Origin: Gammaproteobacteria bacterium
Lineage (GTDB): Bacteria; Pseudomonadota; Gammaproteobacteria; Steroidobacterales; MnTg04
Direction: 5' to 3'
Length of the DNA: 26,540 bases
Assembly: GCA_027297845.1 (NCBI GenBank)
Contig: JAPUHG010000175.1
Location: forward strand, 1-26,540
Below the pieces are notes generated by a model. That model searched no databases, had not been told where the DNA came from, and was given only the letters and a program-made list of their open reading frames with translations. Shown piece after piece: positions 8,197 through 18,881 of this stretch. Numbering within the stretch: the stretch's first letter is position 1; every line of letters begins with the position of its first letter. The position numbers and the translations under genes are program-made.

Positions 8197-8592
8197 GTGG
8201 CAAAGGAAAACCGAGCGAGTCTCAATGGTCTAAAGGTGCTGGTCATCGATGACAGCAAAACCATCCGCAGAACCGCCGAGACATTGCTTTCCAGGGAGGG
8301 GTGCGAGGTGTTTACCGCAGTGGACGGTTTCGACGCCCTTTCCAAGATTGCCGATCATCGGCCTGATATCGTTTTTGTGGACATCATGATGCCGCGCCTC
8401 GATGGTTATCAGACCTGCGCGTTGATCAAACACAATAAAGTCTTTAAGTCGACGCCGGTCATCATGCTATCCAGCAAGGATGGTTTGTTTGACCGTGCCC
8501 GGGGACGAATTGTCGGATCACAGCAGTACCTGACGAAACCGTTTACCAAGGATGAGTTGTTAAACGCAATTGCAAGCCACGTCAGAAATTAA
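8197..8592 (+). CDS. pilG: Twitching motility response regulator PilG
   Basis: Single REC domain: KVLVIDDSKTIRRTAETLL, VDIMMPRLDGYQTCALIK and MLSSKDGLFDRARGRIVGS. GTG at 8197 is better spaced from AGGAG than GTG at 8191. Confidence 0.95.
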   Translation: MAKENRASLNGLKVLVIDDSKTIRRTAETLLSREGCEVFTAVDGFDALSKIADHRPDIVFVDIMMPRLDGYQTCALIKHNKVFKSTPVIMLSSKDGLFDRARGRIVGSQQYLTKPFTKDELLNAIASHVRN

Positions 8593-8616
8593 CGAACAAT
8601 TGGTTGGGAGAGAGAA

Positions 8617-8982
8617 ATGGCGATGGTGCTGATCGTGGATGATTCACCCACTGAAGTGCATGTCATGCGACAGGCGCTGCGCAAACACGGCTTTGACACA
8701 GCCGCGGCAGCCGATGGCGCCGAAGGTATTCGCATGGCACAGGAACTCAAGCCGGACCTGATCCTGATGGATGTGGTTATGCCGGGAGTCAACGGTTTTC
8801 AGGCGACCCGGCAACTCAGCAACGATCCTGAGACCGCCAACATACCCATAATCATGGTTACCACCAAAGGCCAGGAGACAGATCGGATCTGGGGCATGCG
8901 CCAGGGAGCCATCGATTACATTGTCAAACCCTTTGCCGATACCGAACTCGTTGCAATGGCCCGCTCGGTCCTCGAAAAGTGA
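8617..8982 (+). CDS. pilH: Twitching motility response regulator PilH
   Basis: REC domain: VLIVDDSPTE, MDVVMPGVNGFQATRQL and TTKGQETDRIWGMRQGA. Confidence 0.95.
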   Translation: MAMVLIVDDSPTEVHVMRQALRKHGFDTAAAADGAEGIRMAQELKPDLILMDVVMPGVNGFQATRQLSNDPETANIPIIMVTTKGQETDRIWGMRQGAIDYIVKPFADTELVAMARSVLEK

Positions 8983-8986
8983 GGCC

Positions 8987-9568
8987 ATGAAAAATTCAGC
9001 TGACCTGAAGCAATTGACTGATCAGCCGTTCAAGTTATTGCTGGAAATGGAAAGGCGGGCGCGATCCGCAGTAGCGGACAGCCCGCAGCAATCGGGTGAG
9101 GATACGGAACTTGTTGGTATCGGTTTTCGGCTGGGCGACGAGCAGTTTCTGGTTTCCCGGGAAGAAGTCCGGGAGGTTCTTACGGTTCCGACCGGCGTGG
9201 CAAGAGTCCCGGGGGCAAAGCGCTGGCTAAGGGGCCTGGCCAATATCCGGGGCCAATTGTTGCCGCTAATCGACATGAGTTGTTTTTTTGGCGGTGGTGT
9301 TGCCGCGAACAGTCGCCATGCCAGGGTGTTGTCGGTAAATCATCGCGATGTGCCGGCGGGCCTGCTGGTTGATGAAGTGTTGGGGTTTCGGCGTTTTCCG
9401 GAAAGCCAACGCAACCAGGAGACACCAAAAACAGTGATCCGCTGCGAGCGGTTTCTCCGGGGTTCCTTTGCGCAAGGGGATGAGATCTGGCCGGTTCTAA
9501 GCCTGAAAAGCCTGGTGGAAAGTGATGAATTCCTGAATGCAGCGGACACCACGCCGAAAATTTCTTGA
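8987..9568 (+). CDS. pilI: CheW-like coupling protein PilI
   Basis: LLLEMERR, GIGFRLG, VARVPGAKRWLRGLANIRGQLLPLIDM and GLLVDEVLGFRRF. ATG at 8987, 4 nt after the pilH stop (the track's 8921 start overlaps pilH). Confidence 0.9.
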   Translation: MKNSADLKQLTDQPFKLLLEMERRARSAVADSPQQSGEDTELVGIGFRLGDEQFLVSREEVREVLTVPTGVARVPGAKRWLRGLANIRGQLLPLIDMSCFFGGGVAANSRHARVLSVNHRDVPAGLLVDEVLGFRRFPESQRNQETPKTVIRCERFLRGSFAQGDEIWPVLSLKSLVESDEFLNAADTTPKIS

Positions 9569-9578
9569 TGCGGAATGA

Positions 9579-11639
9579 GTGATGCTTGAAAACTTTGATT
9601 CGGTTAAATGGCTGCCTGCCCTGATGGGCGCGCTGGGCCTGATGTTGCTCTTGTCGCTGGTGACCGCATACATGGGGAATCGCGCAGCCGGTGACCGCCA
9701 GACTCGTTCGCTGAGCGCCAGCCTCTTGAACGAAAGATTCGATGCGGTGGTGGCTGCTGCTGCTCACGTTGGCGGCGGAGACGCCGCTGGCTATCAGCAG
9801 CTGGCCGAACTCAAGGATCAAGTGGCATCGGTCAAAGGCCGGCTTGCCGGAACCGGTATCGAGGCAGGTGCAGCCAACGATTGGCAGGCATTCGATGGCG
9901 CCATAGAAAGACTACTCAATGTGCAGGAGCAGGCGCAAAGGTTGCAGGCCGATACAGATCGGGCAATCGCCGAAGCCGGTGTATTTGTAACCGCCATGCA
10001 ACGCATGTCGGCGACGTTGCTGGGAAGCCGCTGGCAGAGTCAGCGCGAAAGCCTGGAGCGAGCTGCCGGAACCGCAAATTCTGTAATCCAGACGATGGAG
10101 GCTTATAACGACGGGCAGCTTCGCGTTGGAGCATTTCGGCCGCAGATCGACGCCACTGCCGCGGAGCTGGCTGACGAGGTCGAAGGATTGTTGGCCGATG
10201 AGCAGTTCGGTGGCCAGGCCGCCGCTGAGGTCGATCTGGCGTATCAAAATTTTGCACCGGTACTGAGAGTGGTGGCAGAGGCGATCGCGGCTCGTGTTGG
10301 TACGGATTCTTCGTTAATCGATCTCGCCGCGGCGACTGAACGTCTGCGAGGCCAGATTAACGCTGCGGTCAGCGCAGCGGGTCCGGTGGGTGGTCTGCTG
10401 GCCAGCTCGATTCTGCATTTCATCATCCTGGTGGCGGCCCTGGTGTTTCTGGCGGGTCTGGCCGTGCTCTTTTTCTTCAATACCAATGCGCAACGGGTAG
10501 CCGAAGATCACGCCTTGCAGAACGAGCGTAACCAGAAGGCGATACTCAAACTTCTGGATGAGCTGAGCACCCTTGCGGACGGCGATCTGACGGTGCAGGC
10601 AACGGTTACCGAGCACATTACCGGCGCAATTGCGGATTCCATCAACTATGCGATTGAGGCCTTGAGAAACCTGGTCACAACCATCAGGGATTCCTCGATC
10701 CTGGTAGATGCTGCAGCGAGGCAGTCAGAGGCCACGATCAGTCATCTTGCCGCGGCTAGCGAAACGCAGGCACAGCAGGTGGGCTCCGCGACCGAATCGA
10801 TCGCCCATATGGCTAACTCAGTGGAAGAAGTGTATGGTAATGCAGAGCGTGCGGCGGATGTCGCGCGCCACTCGGTCGATGTCGCCCATAAAGGTGGCGA
10901 TGCTGTACGCAGGACGATCGAAGGAATGAACACGATCCGCGAGACGATCCAGGATACTTCCAAACGTATCAAGCGCCTGGGAGAAAGCACGCAGGAAATC
11001 GGCAATATTATCGAGCTGATCAATGATATCGCCGAGCAAACCAATATTCTTGCCTTGAACGCGTCGATCCAGGCAAGCATGGCTGGCGAGGCGGGCAGAG
11101 GATTCGCGGTGGTTGCTGACGAAGTGCAGCGGTTGGCGGAGCGCTCAGCCAATGCGACCAAGCAGATCGAGGTGTTGGTACGCACGATCCAGTCGGATAC
11201 CAATGAAGCAGTTGTTTCGATGGAGAGAAGCACGACGGATGTCGTCGGCGGCGCACTCCTCGCAGAGAATGCCGGTGCGGCGCTGGAGGAAATTGAACAG
11301 GTATCAAATCAAATCGCTTCACTGGTCCAGAATATTTCCGGATCAGCCAGGCAGCAGTCGCTGGTCGCGGCGGATATTTCCCGCAACACCGGAGTGCTCA
11401 GGGAAATCAGCGAGCAAACGGCGGAGAGTACCGCCGCAACCTCGGAGTCGATTCGCAAGCTCGCTGAGTTGGCGACTCAACTCAGGCGCTCGGTGGCTGA
11501 TTTTCGCTTGCCGGATGACGATACCGAAAGTGAACGCGCGCCGGACCAGAAACCAGCCGCTCGCACAGCTGCGGGCGAACCAGACCTTGTCGATGCACTG
11601 AATGCGGGTGATGATCACGACGAGGCCATGCAGGTTTGA
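9579..11639 (+). CDS. pilJ: Methyl-accepting chemotaxis protein PilJ
   Basis: Two TM segments flanking a periplasmic domain, HAMP ([24 protein letters not shown]) and MCP signalling hairpin ([40 protein letters not shown]). Confidence 0.93.
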   Translation: MMLENFDSVKWLPALMGALGLMLLLSLVTAYMGNRAAGDRQTRSLSASLLNERFDAVVAAAAHVGGGDAAGYQQLAELKDQVASVKGRLAGTGIEAGAANDWQAFDGAIERLLNVQEQAQRLQADTDRAIAEAGVFVTAMQRMSATLLGSRWQSQRESLERAAGTANSVIQTMEAYNDGQLRVGAFRPQIDATAAELADEVEGLLADEQFGGQAAAEVDLAYQNFAPVLRVVAEAIAARVGTDSSLIDLAAATERLRGQINAAVSAAGPVGGLLASSILHFIILVAALVFLAGLAVLFFFNTNAQRVAEDHALQNERNQKAILKLLDELSTLADGDLTVQATVTEHITGAIADSINYAIEALRNLVTTIRDSSILVDAAARQSEATISHLAAASETQAQQVGSATESIAHMANSVEEVYGNAERAADVARHSVDVAHKGGDAVRRTIEGMNTIRETIQDTSKRIKRLGESTQEIGNIIELINDIAEQTNILALNASIQASMAGEAGRGFAVVADEVQRLAERSANATKQIEVLVRTIQSDTNEAVVSMERSTTDVVGGALLAENAGAALEEIEQVSNQIASLVQNISGSARQQSLVAADISRNTGVLREISEQTAESTAATSESIRKLAELATQLRRSVADFRLPDDDTESERAPDQKPAARTAAGEPDLVDALNAGDDHDEAMQV

Positions 11640-14600
11640 GCGAGGTGTCCGATCAACAGTACACCGGCGAAATACCCCAGCAAAACCTGGAACTGGTGAG
11701 CCAGGGTCTGTCCGAGACCTTGCAGAGCGCACGTGTCGCGCTCGAGCAATATATCGAGGACCCCGGTCAGCAGCAGATTCTGAAGCAGGCTGCAGAGCAC
11801 CTGCACGTAGCCCAGGGCGTGCTGTTGCTGGTTGAAATCTATGGGGCGGCATTGTTGGCCGAGGAGATGGAAAAAGTCATCGCGTATCTCCTGGAAAGCA
11901 AGCGCGGGGAGAAAGCACAAACCGATTCGCTGGAGGCATTGAGCCGTTCGATGGTTCAGTTACCGGTTTACCTGGATCGGGTTATCAATGGCGGACGTGA
12001 TATTGCTCTGATTCTTTTGCCCTTACTCAACGATCTCCGGGCGGTTCGTGGACGGCCGCTTTTGTCGGAAGGCACGTTATTACTTCTGAACCTTACGGCT
12101 AACCGACAATCTGCTCCGGCGCCAGACAAACAAATCATCGACCGGCAACGCGATATCCAGGAAGTTGCGATTCGTCAACGGCCGAGATTTCAAAACAGTT
12201 TGCTTGGCTGGATACGCGGCGGCGATTCCGACAAAGAACTGAAGATTCTGTCTGAGATTGCGGAAAGCCTGGAGTTGGCGGCCAGCAACCGGGAAGTAGA
12301 GCAGCTTTGGTGGGTGGTTGGGGGCGTCATCGAGGCGTTGAGCGACCAGGGGCTGGAGACCAGCGTGTCGTTGAAACGGCTGCTTGGTCAATCCGACCGG
12401 CAGATAAAGAGATTGGTTGATATTGGCGAAGAAGATGGCGGCGAGGACAGATCAGCCGAGCTGCGCAATAACCTGTTGTATTACATCGGGCGATCCACCA
12501 GCAAAGGCAAGCGGGTAACCGCGATACAACGTGCGTTCAGACTGGACGAAGTTCTGCCTGGCGACGAGGAAATCGAACAGGCACGAGAGAGTCTGTCCGC
12601 GCCCAGTGTGAAACTGATGAAGACGGTGGCTGCGGCCATCAAGGAAGATCTTGCCAGCGTCAAGGATGTGTTCGACATTTTTATACGCACGGGCATGGAA
12701 TCATTGCAGGAATTAAGGCCTCAGGCTGAGTTACTCAAGAAAATCAGCGACACATTGGGGGTGCTTGGTTTAGGCGATCTGCGCACTCTGATCATGAATG
12801 AAAGCAGTCGTCTGCAGGTGCTATTGAGTGGTGACGAGCCGCAGGAGGAAGCTGATTTTCTGCAGATGGCGTCCACCTTGCTTCGGGTCGAAGATAATCT
12901 CGACGATGCGTTGTTAAAGCTGATTTTGCCGAAACCGGCAGCGGAGGATGTGCACGAGGGTGAGGATAGCGACGCACAACGCGAGTTTCGCCTGGTCGCC
13001 GATGCGGTCTTGCGCGAGTGCACAGTCAATATCGCAAGGGTAAAGGATGCGATGACCCAGGCGCTGAAGCACGGCGAGTTTCAAGCGATGGACCAGGTGC
13101 CGGAGTTAATGCGCGGCGTGGTATCCGGTTTGCTGATGTTGGAAAAGTCCCGCGCGGTCAAGCAGACGGAGAAAATCACCGTGCTGATTCGGGAGCTGGT
13201 GCAGCCAGGGCTGAGCCCGGTTGCTACCCCGGTTCTTGACCGACTGGCCGACGCAGTCGTCAGTATCGAGTATTACCTGGAAACACTCAGGTCCAGCCGT
13301 ACCGACCCCCGGTACATGCTCGACAATATCGATAGCTGTCTGCAGGCGCTTGAAGCGCCGGATGCCGCGGCTCGGGTCCCGGTAGTCGATGAGTCAGACG
13401 AAGATGCGACGGTTATTGTGCAGGCGGGCGATCACCGAGCCCGGGCTGAGGCGCCGGTGCAGGACCCGCTTCCTGCCGACCAACTGCCGGTGCTGGATCA
13501 AACACAGATTATGGATGGCAGCCGGGATCCGGAATTTCTCGAGCTCTTTATCGAGGAGGCCGGTGATGAAATTCTGGCGATCAGGAAACAACAGGCGATC
13601 TGGAGCGCGGAAATCGGCAACCACGAAGCCCTGAGTCGAATGCGGCGTTCCTACCACACGCTCAAGGGCAGCGGGCGCATGGTCGGTGCCAGCCGAATCG
13701 CTGAGTTTTCCTGGGCGATCGAAAACCTGCTGAACAGAATCATCGATGGCACGCGTGAACTCAATGTTGAAATGACCCGGCTGCTGACCGCCAGTTGCGC
13801 AGTATTGCCGGAATTGGTCGAGGAACTGGAGGTTGGCAAGAAGACCAGGAGCAACATCGCGGGCTTGATGGCGCTGGCGGCGCGGCTGGCCGAACCTGAC
13901 CCCGACGAGACCGTTATCCAGAAGCCTGGCGTTGACGATGATGTGGGTGGTGCCACGGTGGTCGCGCCGCATATCGATGATCTGCTCCGGGCTGAAGGCG
14001 AAGAGCGGGCTAAAGATGTGCCTGAGCCGGAAATGGACCCGGTCCTCAGGGAAATTTTTATCAAGGAAACCACCGGCCATCTCAAGATAATTCGCAATTA
14101 CCTGAAAGCCTGTGCGGCAGGCGGTGGCGCACCTTATCCGGTCACAGAAACCCTCTACCGCGCCTGCCACACATTGCATGGCAGTGCGAAAATGGCGGGT
14201 GCAATGCAGGGGGTCAAGATTGCCGAACCGCTGGACCGCTTTGTTCGCAAACTCTATGACATGGGACTGGGGCTCGACATGGCCGGTATCAAGGCCTGTC
14301 AGGATGTTGTCGCGTCGTTCGATCGAATCATCCGCCATCTCGATGAGGATACGGGGTTTTTCCCGGGTCACCTTGGGCTGATCGATCGGCTTCACCAGCT
14401 TGAAGCCAAACTGGACGATACCGGCAGCGAGGAAAGGGCCGAGCCTCAAACCGGAGAAGAGGAAGTCGAATTTGACGGCGAGATAGCGTCAATTTTTAGT
14501 GAGGAAGCGGCGGAATTACTGGATACCGCGGAGATCGCACTGTCCGGGCTACGCGACAATGCATCCGACCAGACCGCGCTGGCGGAATTGAAGCGCTGCC

Positions 14601-16942
14601 TGCATACGCTAAAAGGCGGTGCGCGCATGGCCGGCATACCGGCAATGGGAAATCTCAGTCATGAGACCGAATCTCTGCTGGACATGATCGGCCAGGATCA
14701 GCTGAGTTTTAGCGACCCGGCGGCCAGTATCCTGCAGGCTGCCCTTGACGGTCTCCATGCGATGCGTGAAACCGTGAGCTTTGGGCAGCAAGTCGCATCG
14801 CGGCGTGATCTCGAACAGCAAATTGGCAGTCTGATGGAAACCGCCGGCAGCGATGCCGGGGAATCTGCCAAGCAGGCGGTGGCGCAGGGTGACCGGAAAG
14901 TACAAGCCGAGGATCTCGCGGCAAGAGCAACGCCCGTCGAAGAGCCGGTTCGCCCGGCCAGTGACCAGCCTGCCACGCCTCCGGCCCGAGGGAAAACCGG
15001 TCCGGATCGGCCCGCGGAAACCATTGCGGCTGCTGCGAAAGAGCCGGTCGCGAAGCCACCGGCGGAGGAGGGGTTGAGCGCAATTCCTGTTCCGCAGCCG
15101 CCACCCTCCTCGCCAATGAGGAAAGAGTCGGTGGAGCGGCTGGAATACACGCGCGTGGAGGCGGATCAGCTCGACGAAATGCTGAATCTCGCCGGCGAAA
15201 TCAGCATCTACCGGTCGCGCCTCGATCAGCAAATGCGATCGATCGATTTTCACCTGGCGGAGTTGTCACGCACGATCACCCGCCTGCGTGCGCAATTGCG
15301 CAATATGGAACTGGAGACTGAAACCCAGATTCTTCATCGTCACCAGCAAGAGACGGATTCCAGTGATTTTGATCCACTGGAGCTCGATCGCTATTCGATG
15401 ATTCAGCAACTGAGCCGCGCCCTGGCGGAGTCGGTAAACGATGTTGCCAGCATCAAAGACTTGCTCGAGAATTTGTCGCAGGAGTCGGACTCGCTGTTGT
15501 CACAACAGGCGAGACTCACCGCGGATTTGCAAAGCAGCCTGATGCGGACTCGCATGGTTCCTTTCAGTCGCTACGAGAAACGACTTGACAGGATAGTTCG
15601 CCAGACGACCGCTGAGGCGGACAAAAAAGCAGAGTTGAGACTCGAAGGGGCCAGCGGGGAACTCGACCGCCAGGTGCTTGAGCGCATGTTGCAGCCGCTT
15701 GAGCATATTCTGCGCAATGCGGTGGTTCACGGCATTGAGAATGGGTCCGCCCGCGAGGCGGCAGGCAAGGCTGAAATCGGCGATATTTGCATTGCCCTGA
15801 AGCGCGAAGGCGCGGAGATGATGATCCGGGTGTCTGACGATGGCGCCGGGATCGATGCTGAGAAAATCAGAAAGAAAGCTGTCGCCAGCGGTTTGCTCGA
15901 TGCAAGCGAGTCCATGCCGTCCGAGCAGGTCCTGCAGATGATTTTTCGACCCGGATTTTCAACTGCCGAAAAAGTGACCCAGACGGCCGGACGCGGTGTC
16001 GGGCTCGACGTGGTCGCCACGGAAGTGGAGCGCCTGGGTGGATCCGTGCATGCGGAATCTACCCTTGGTGTGGGTGCTGGTTTTGTTATTCGCCTGCCAT
16101 TCACCCTGGCAATCACCCAGGCCATGGTGGTCAGGGTTGGCGACGAATTTTATGCCTTGCCGCTGCCGACCGTGGAAGGTATCGCCAGGATGCCGCGTCA
16201 CCAGGTGAGTGACTTACTGGGACAGAGCGACCCCGAATTTGAGTATGGCGGACGACAGTATCAGTTGCGCCATCTGGCGCATTTTACCGGCGGCCTGTCG
16301 ACCGGGTTCACGGACGAAGAGTTATCGGTTTCGATCATCCTGGTGCGGGCCGGCTCGCACTCGACGGCGCTGGTTGCCGACGAGTTGCTCGGCAGTCGCG
16401 AAATCGTCGTCAAGTCGGTCGGGCCACAGGTTGCGGGCATATCGGGCATATCGGGTGGGACCATACTCGGCGATGGCAGTGTCGCGCTAATTCTCGATCT
16501 CGGTGGCCTGGTCAGATCGGATGCGGCACGCCGGCGACCCAAACCGATCGCGAGGAAGGAAGACACGCGGACCTTTGTTCTCGTCGTGGATGATTCGATC
16601 ACCGTACGGCGGGTTACCCAAAGACTGCTGGAACGGAATGGCATGCGGGTGATTACCGCCAAGGATGGCATCGATGCGGAGGCGTTGCTGCAGGAGCACA
16701 CGCCGGACATTATTTTGCTGGATATCGAGATGCCGCGGATGGACGGCTATGAGCTTGCCGCCAGGATTCGCAACGATGAGCGCCTGGCCAGTATTCCCAT
16801 CGTCATGATTACATCACGGACCGGTGAAAAGCATCGGGCCAGGGCGATAGAGCTGGGCGTGAACGATTATCTCGGTAAACCCTACCAGGAGAGCCAGTTG
16901 CTCGATGCCATTGAACCGCTGGTTGCAGGAAGGAACAAATGA
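11636..16942 (+). CDS. chpA: Chp chemosensory hybrid histidine kinase ChpA (multi-Hpt, CheA kinase, CheW, REC), 1768 aa
   Basis: Hpt motifs HTLKGSG, HTLHGSA and HTLKGGA; HATPase boxes [30 protein letters not shown] and GRGVGLDVV; a CheW domain; C-terminal REC ([16 protein letters not shown]). Overlaps the pilJ stop by 4 nt. Confidence 0.95.
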   Translation: MSEVSDQQYTGEIPQQNLELVSQGLSETLQSARVALEQYIEDPGQQQILKQAAEHLHVAQGVLLLVEIYGAALLAEEMEKVIAYLLESKRGEKAQTDSLEALSRSMVQLPVYLDRVINGGRDIALILLPLLNDLRAVRGRPLLSEGTLLLLNLTANRQSAPAPDKQIIDRQRDIQEVAIRQRPRFQNSLLGWIRGGDSDKELKILSEIAESLELAASNREVEQLWWVVGGVIEALSDQGLETSVSLKRLLGQSDRQIKRLVDIGEEDGGEDRSAELRNNLLYYIGRSTSKGKRVTAIQRAFRLDEVLPGDEEIEQARESLSAPSVKLMKTVAAAIKEDLASVKDVFDIFIRTGMESLQELRPQAELLKKISDTLGVLGLGDLRTLIMNESSRLQVLLSGDEPQEEADFLQMASTLLRVEDNLDDALLKLILPKPAAEDVHEGEDSDAQREFRLVADAVLRECTVNIARVKDAMTQALKHGEFQAMDQVPELMRGVVSGLLMLEKSRAVKQTEKITVLIRELVQPGLSPVATPVLDRLADAVVSIEYYLETLRSSRTDPRYMLDNIDSCLQALEAPDAAARVPVVDESDEDATVIVQAGDHRARAEAPVQDPLPADQLPVLDQTQIMDGSRDPEFLELFIEEAGDEILAIRKQQAIWSAEIGNHEALSRMRRSYHTLKGSGRMVGASRIAEFSWAIENLLNRIIDGTRELNVEMTRLLTASCAVLPELVEELEVGKKTRSNIAGLMALAARLAEPDPDETVIQKPGVDDDVGGATVVAPHIDDLLRAEGEERAKDVPEPEMDPVLREIFIKETTGHLKIIRNYLKACAAGGGAPYPVTETLYRACHTLHGSAKMAGAMQGVKIAEPLDRFVRKLYDMGLGLDMAGIKACQDVVASFDRIIRHLDEDTGFFPGHLGLIDRLHQLEAKLDDTGSEERAEPQTGEEEVEFDGEIASIFSEEAAELLDTAEIALSGLRDNASDQTALAELKRCLHTLKGGARMAGIPAMGNLSHETESLLDMIGQDQLSFSDPAASILQAALDGLHAMRETVSFGQQVASRRDLEQQIGSLMETAGSDAGESAKQAVAQGDRKVQAEDLAARATPVEEPVRPASDQPATPPARGKTGPDRPAETIAAAAKEPVAKPPAEEGLSAIPVPQPPPSSPMRKESVERLEYTRVEADQLDEMLNLAGEISIYRSRLDQQMRSIDFHLAELSRTITRLRAQLRNMELETETQILHRHQQETDSSDFDPLELDRYSMIQQLSRALAESVNDVASIKDLLENLSQESDSLLSQQARLTADLQSSLMRTRMVPFSRYEKRLDRIVRQTTAEADKKAELRLEGASGELDRQVLERMLQPLEHILRNAVVHGIENGSAREAAGKAEIGDICIALKREGAEMMIRVSDDGAGIDAEKIRKKAVASGLLDASESMPSEQVLQMIFRPGFSTAEKVTQTAGRGVGLDVVATEVERLGGSVHAESTLGVGAGFVIRLPFTLAITQAMVVRVGDEFYALPLPTVEGIARMPRHQVSDLLGQSDPEFEYGGRQYQLRHLAHFTGGLSTGFTDEELSVSIILVRAGSHSTALVADELLGSREIVVKSVGPQVAGISGISGGTILGDGSVALILDLGGLVRSDAARRRPKPIARKEDTRTFVLVVDDSITVRRVTQRLLERNGMRVITAKDGIDAEALLQEHTPDIILLDIEMPRMDGYELAARIRNDERLASIPIVMITSRTGEKHRARAIELGVNDYLGKPYQESQLLDAIEPLVAGRNK

Positions 16943-17406
16943 GCGAGCCCGTCGCGGAGCTATACAGCCTTTTGATTCCCTTGATGGAGCGGCGGCTGAT
17001 GGTGCCGCGCGCTTGTGTTGCGGAAGTCATCGGATTTTCGGAACCTGATGCGAATAGCTCGGATTTCGAGTGGTACCTGGGTGGGATCCATTGGGATGGC
17101 AGGCTGGTGCCGGTCATTTCCTTTGAAGGATGTTGCGGCGATCCGATTCCCGGGGCGGGCCGGCGCAGCAGACTGGTTATTTTTCACGCGACCAGTGGCG
17201 AGTTATCGAGCCGTTTCTTTGCCATCGTCAGCCAGGGTTTTCCGCAGCTGGTGAGAGTCAGTCCCGGGGTTCTCAGCACCGAACCCGATGACAAAAAAAA
17301 CGAGCATTTACCGATCCTTTGCCAGCTCAAGATGATCAACGAATATCCACTGGTGCCTGATCTCGAGAAACTGGAGAAGATGATCCTCGAAGCCGAGGAA
17401 TCCTGA
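16939..17406 (+). CDS. chpC: CheW-like protein ChpC
   Basis: SLLIPL...LMVPRACVAEVI, WYLGGIHWDGRLVPVISFE and FAIVSQGFPQL. Overlaps the chpA stop by 4 nt. Confidence 0.8.
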   Translation: MSEPVAELYSLLIPLMERRLMVPRACVAEVIGFSEPDANSSDFEWYLGGIHWDGRLVPVISFEGCCGDPIPGAGRRSRLVIFHATSGELSSRFFAIVSQGFPQLVRVSPGVLSTEPDDKKNEHLPILCQLKMINEYPLVPDLEKLEKMILEAEES

Positions 17407-17444
17407 AACAGAAGCCACGCCCGGCTTTGCCACCGATAGCGATG

Positions 17445-18191
17445 CTATAACCCCAAATCTCCAAACCGCGTTTGCAGCAGGCTCAGAGCAACCAGGCCGG
17501 CGGTCTCGGTACGCAATACGCGTGGCCCCATACGCAGCGGAGAAAACCCCTTTGCAATTGCCGCCGAGGACTCGCTCTCAGCAAAACCACCTTCCGGTCC
17601 GACCCAAAGGAGAATTCGGCCGGTTGGTGGCTGCTCGGTATCGTTTATTCCGGTTGCAGAATCTGCTTGCAGCAGCAGGCGCAAAGCGTATTCGCTCTCG
17701 CTACTGTTGTCGATCAATTCAGCGCTGCCTTGCATGGTTTCGATCACGGGCAACACGGTGCGACCGCTCTGCTCGCATGCGCCGATGACGACACCGTCCC
17801 AATGACGCATTCTTTTTTCCAGCCTGTTTTGGCTCAGCCTCGTCACGCATCGTTCCATCGCCACCGGGATGATGCGCCTGACGCCAAGCTCGGTCGCTTT
17901 TTGCAGGATCAGGTCCATGCGCTCTCCCCTGACCAGTCCCTGCGCGAGCGTAATATCGATCGGCGATTCAATCTTCGGGTAGTGGGGTTCGGCCAGCGCG
18001 ACTGCGACCCGGGCATCGCCAATCTCGCTGATAATAGCCGGGTATTCTGCGCCGCTGCCGTCAAAAACAATTACCCTCGCGCCGACGCCCAGCCTGAGGA
18101 CTCGAACCAGATGACGGCTCGCCGACTTGCCAAGCGTTGCCCTGGTCGAACCAGCCAGCGGCTGATCGTGATAAATCCTGCTTAGTCTCAA
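17445..18191 (-). CDS. rsmE: 16S rRNA m3U1498 methyltransferase
   Basis: MRLSRIY, HLVRVLRL, MDLILQKATELGV, ACEQSGRT, VGPEGGF and GPRVLRTETAG. TTG start. Confidence 0.96.
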   Translation of the reverse strand: MRLSRIYHDQPLAGSTRATLGKSASRHLVRVLRLGVGARVIVFDGSGAEYPAIISEIGDARVAVALAEPHYPKIESPIDITLAQGLVRGERMDLILQKATELGVRRIIPVAMERCVTRLSQNRLEKRMRHWDGVVIGACEQSGRTVLPVIETMQGSAELIDNSSESEYALRLLLQADSATGINDTEQPPTGRILLWVGPEGGFAESESSAAIAKGFSPLRMGPRVLRTETAGLVALSLLQTRFGDLGL

Positions 18192-18305
18192 CGTTCAGTC
18201 CGTCGTCGCCGGCTGTTTCGCCATTGGATGTCGATTGTCACCGTGTGTCTCAAGCGGTTCAAGCTGTGGCAAACTAACTTACAGTTGGTAGATCAGGCTG
18301 CGCAG

Positions 18306-18881
18306 ATGGAAATTAACCCGGAAACCGGACTGCTGGACGAGGCGAGACATGTGCCTTCGCCAAACTGCGATCAAAGGCCGGCCGGCTGTGAGCCCGAGCT
18401 GATTGTGATTCATTGCATCAGTCTGCCACCTGGGCAGTATGGTGGCCCATGGATAGAAAAGCTTTTTAGCAACGCTTTGCCAGCGGACGAGCATCCGTAT
18501 TTCCAGGAGATCTGCCAACGGAAAGTGTCCGCACACCTGTTAATCAGAAGAGATGGCGAACTGACCCAATTCGTTCCCTTTCACCAAAGAGCCTGGCATG
18601 CCGGCGAATCGGAGTATTGCGGCCGCGCTGCCTGCAATGATTTTTCGATCGGGATAGAGCTGGAAGGAACGGATGACGGTTCCTATGAAATAGCTCAGTA
18701 TCACAGCTTATGTTTGGTTGTGAAGACCCTTTGCAGGGCATATCCTTACCTCACTGAGGATCGGATAACCGGTCACAGCGATATTGCACCTGGCCGCAAG
18801 CAGGACCCCGGACCGGGTTTTGAATGGGAATTGCTTGACTTGTTTTTGCAGGATTCAGAGGAGGAGTTACCGACCGAATGA
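18306..18881 (+). CDS. ampD: 1,6-anhydro-N-acetylmuramyl-L-alanine amidase AmpD
   Basis: SPNCDQRP, LIVIHCISLPPG, VSAHLLIRRDG, RAWHAG.S, CNDFSIGIELEG and GHSDIAPGRKQDPG. Start set at MEINP (18306). Confidence 0.95.
   Translation: MEINPETGLLDEARHVPSPNCDQRPAGCEPELIVIHCISLPPGQYGGPWIEKLFSNALPADEHPYFQEICQRKVSAHLLIRRDGELTQFVPFHQRAWHAGESEYCGRAACNDFSIGIELEGTDDGSYEIAQYHSLCLVVKTLCRAYPYLTEDRITGHSDIAPGRKQDPGPGFEWELLDLFLQDSEEELPTE

Noticed and set aside
13394-14449. 351-aa minus-strand ORF inside chpA
   Set aside because: Antisense to a well-supported gene, with no domain motifs.
14860-15120. Pro/Ala/Glu-rich low-complexity stretch in ChpA
   Set aside because: Ordinary flexible linker between the last Hpt and the dimerisation domain; no DNA-level repeat unit.
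17472-18185. 237-aa plus-strand ORF
   Set aside because: Antisense shadow of rsmE.
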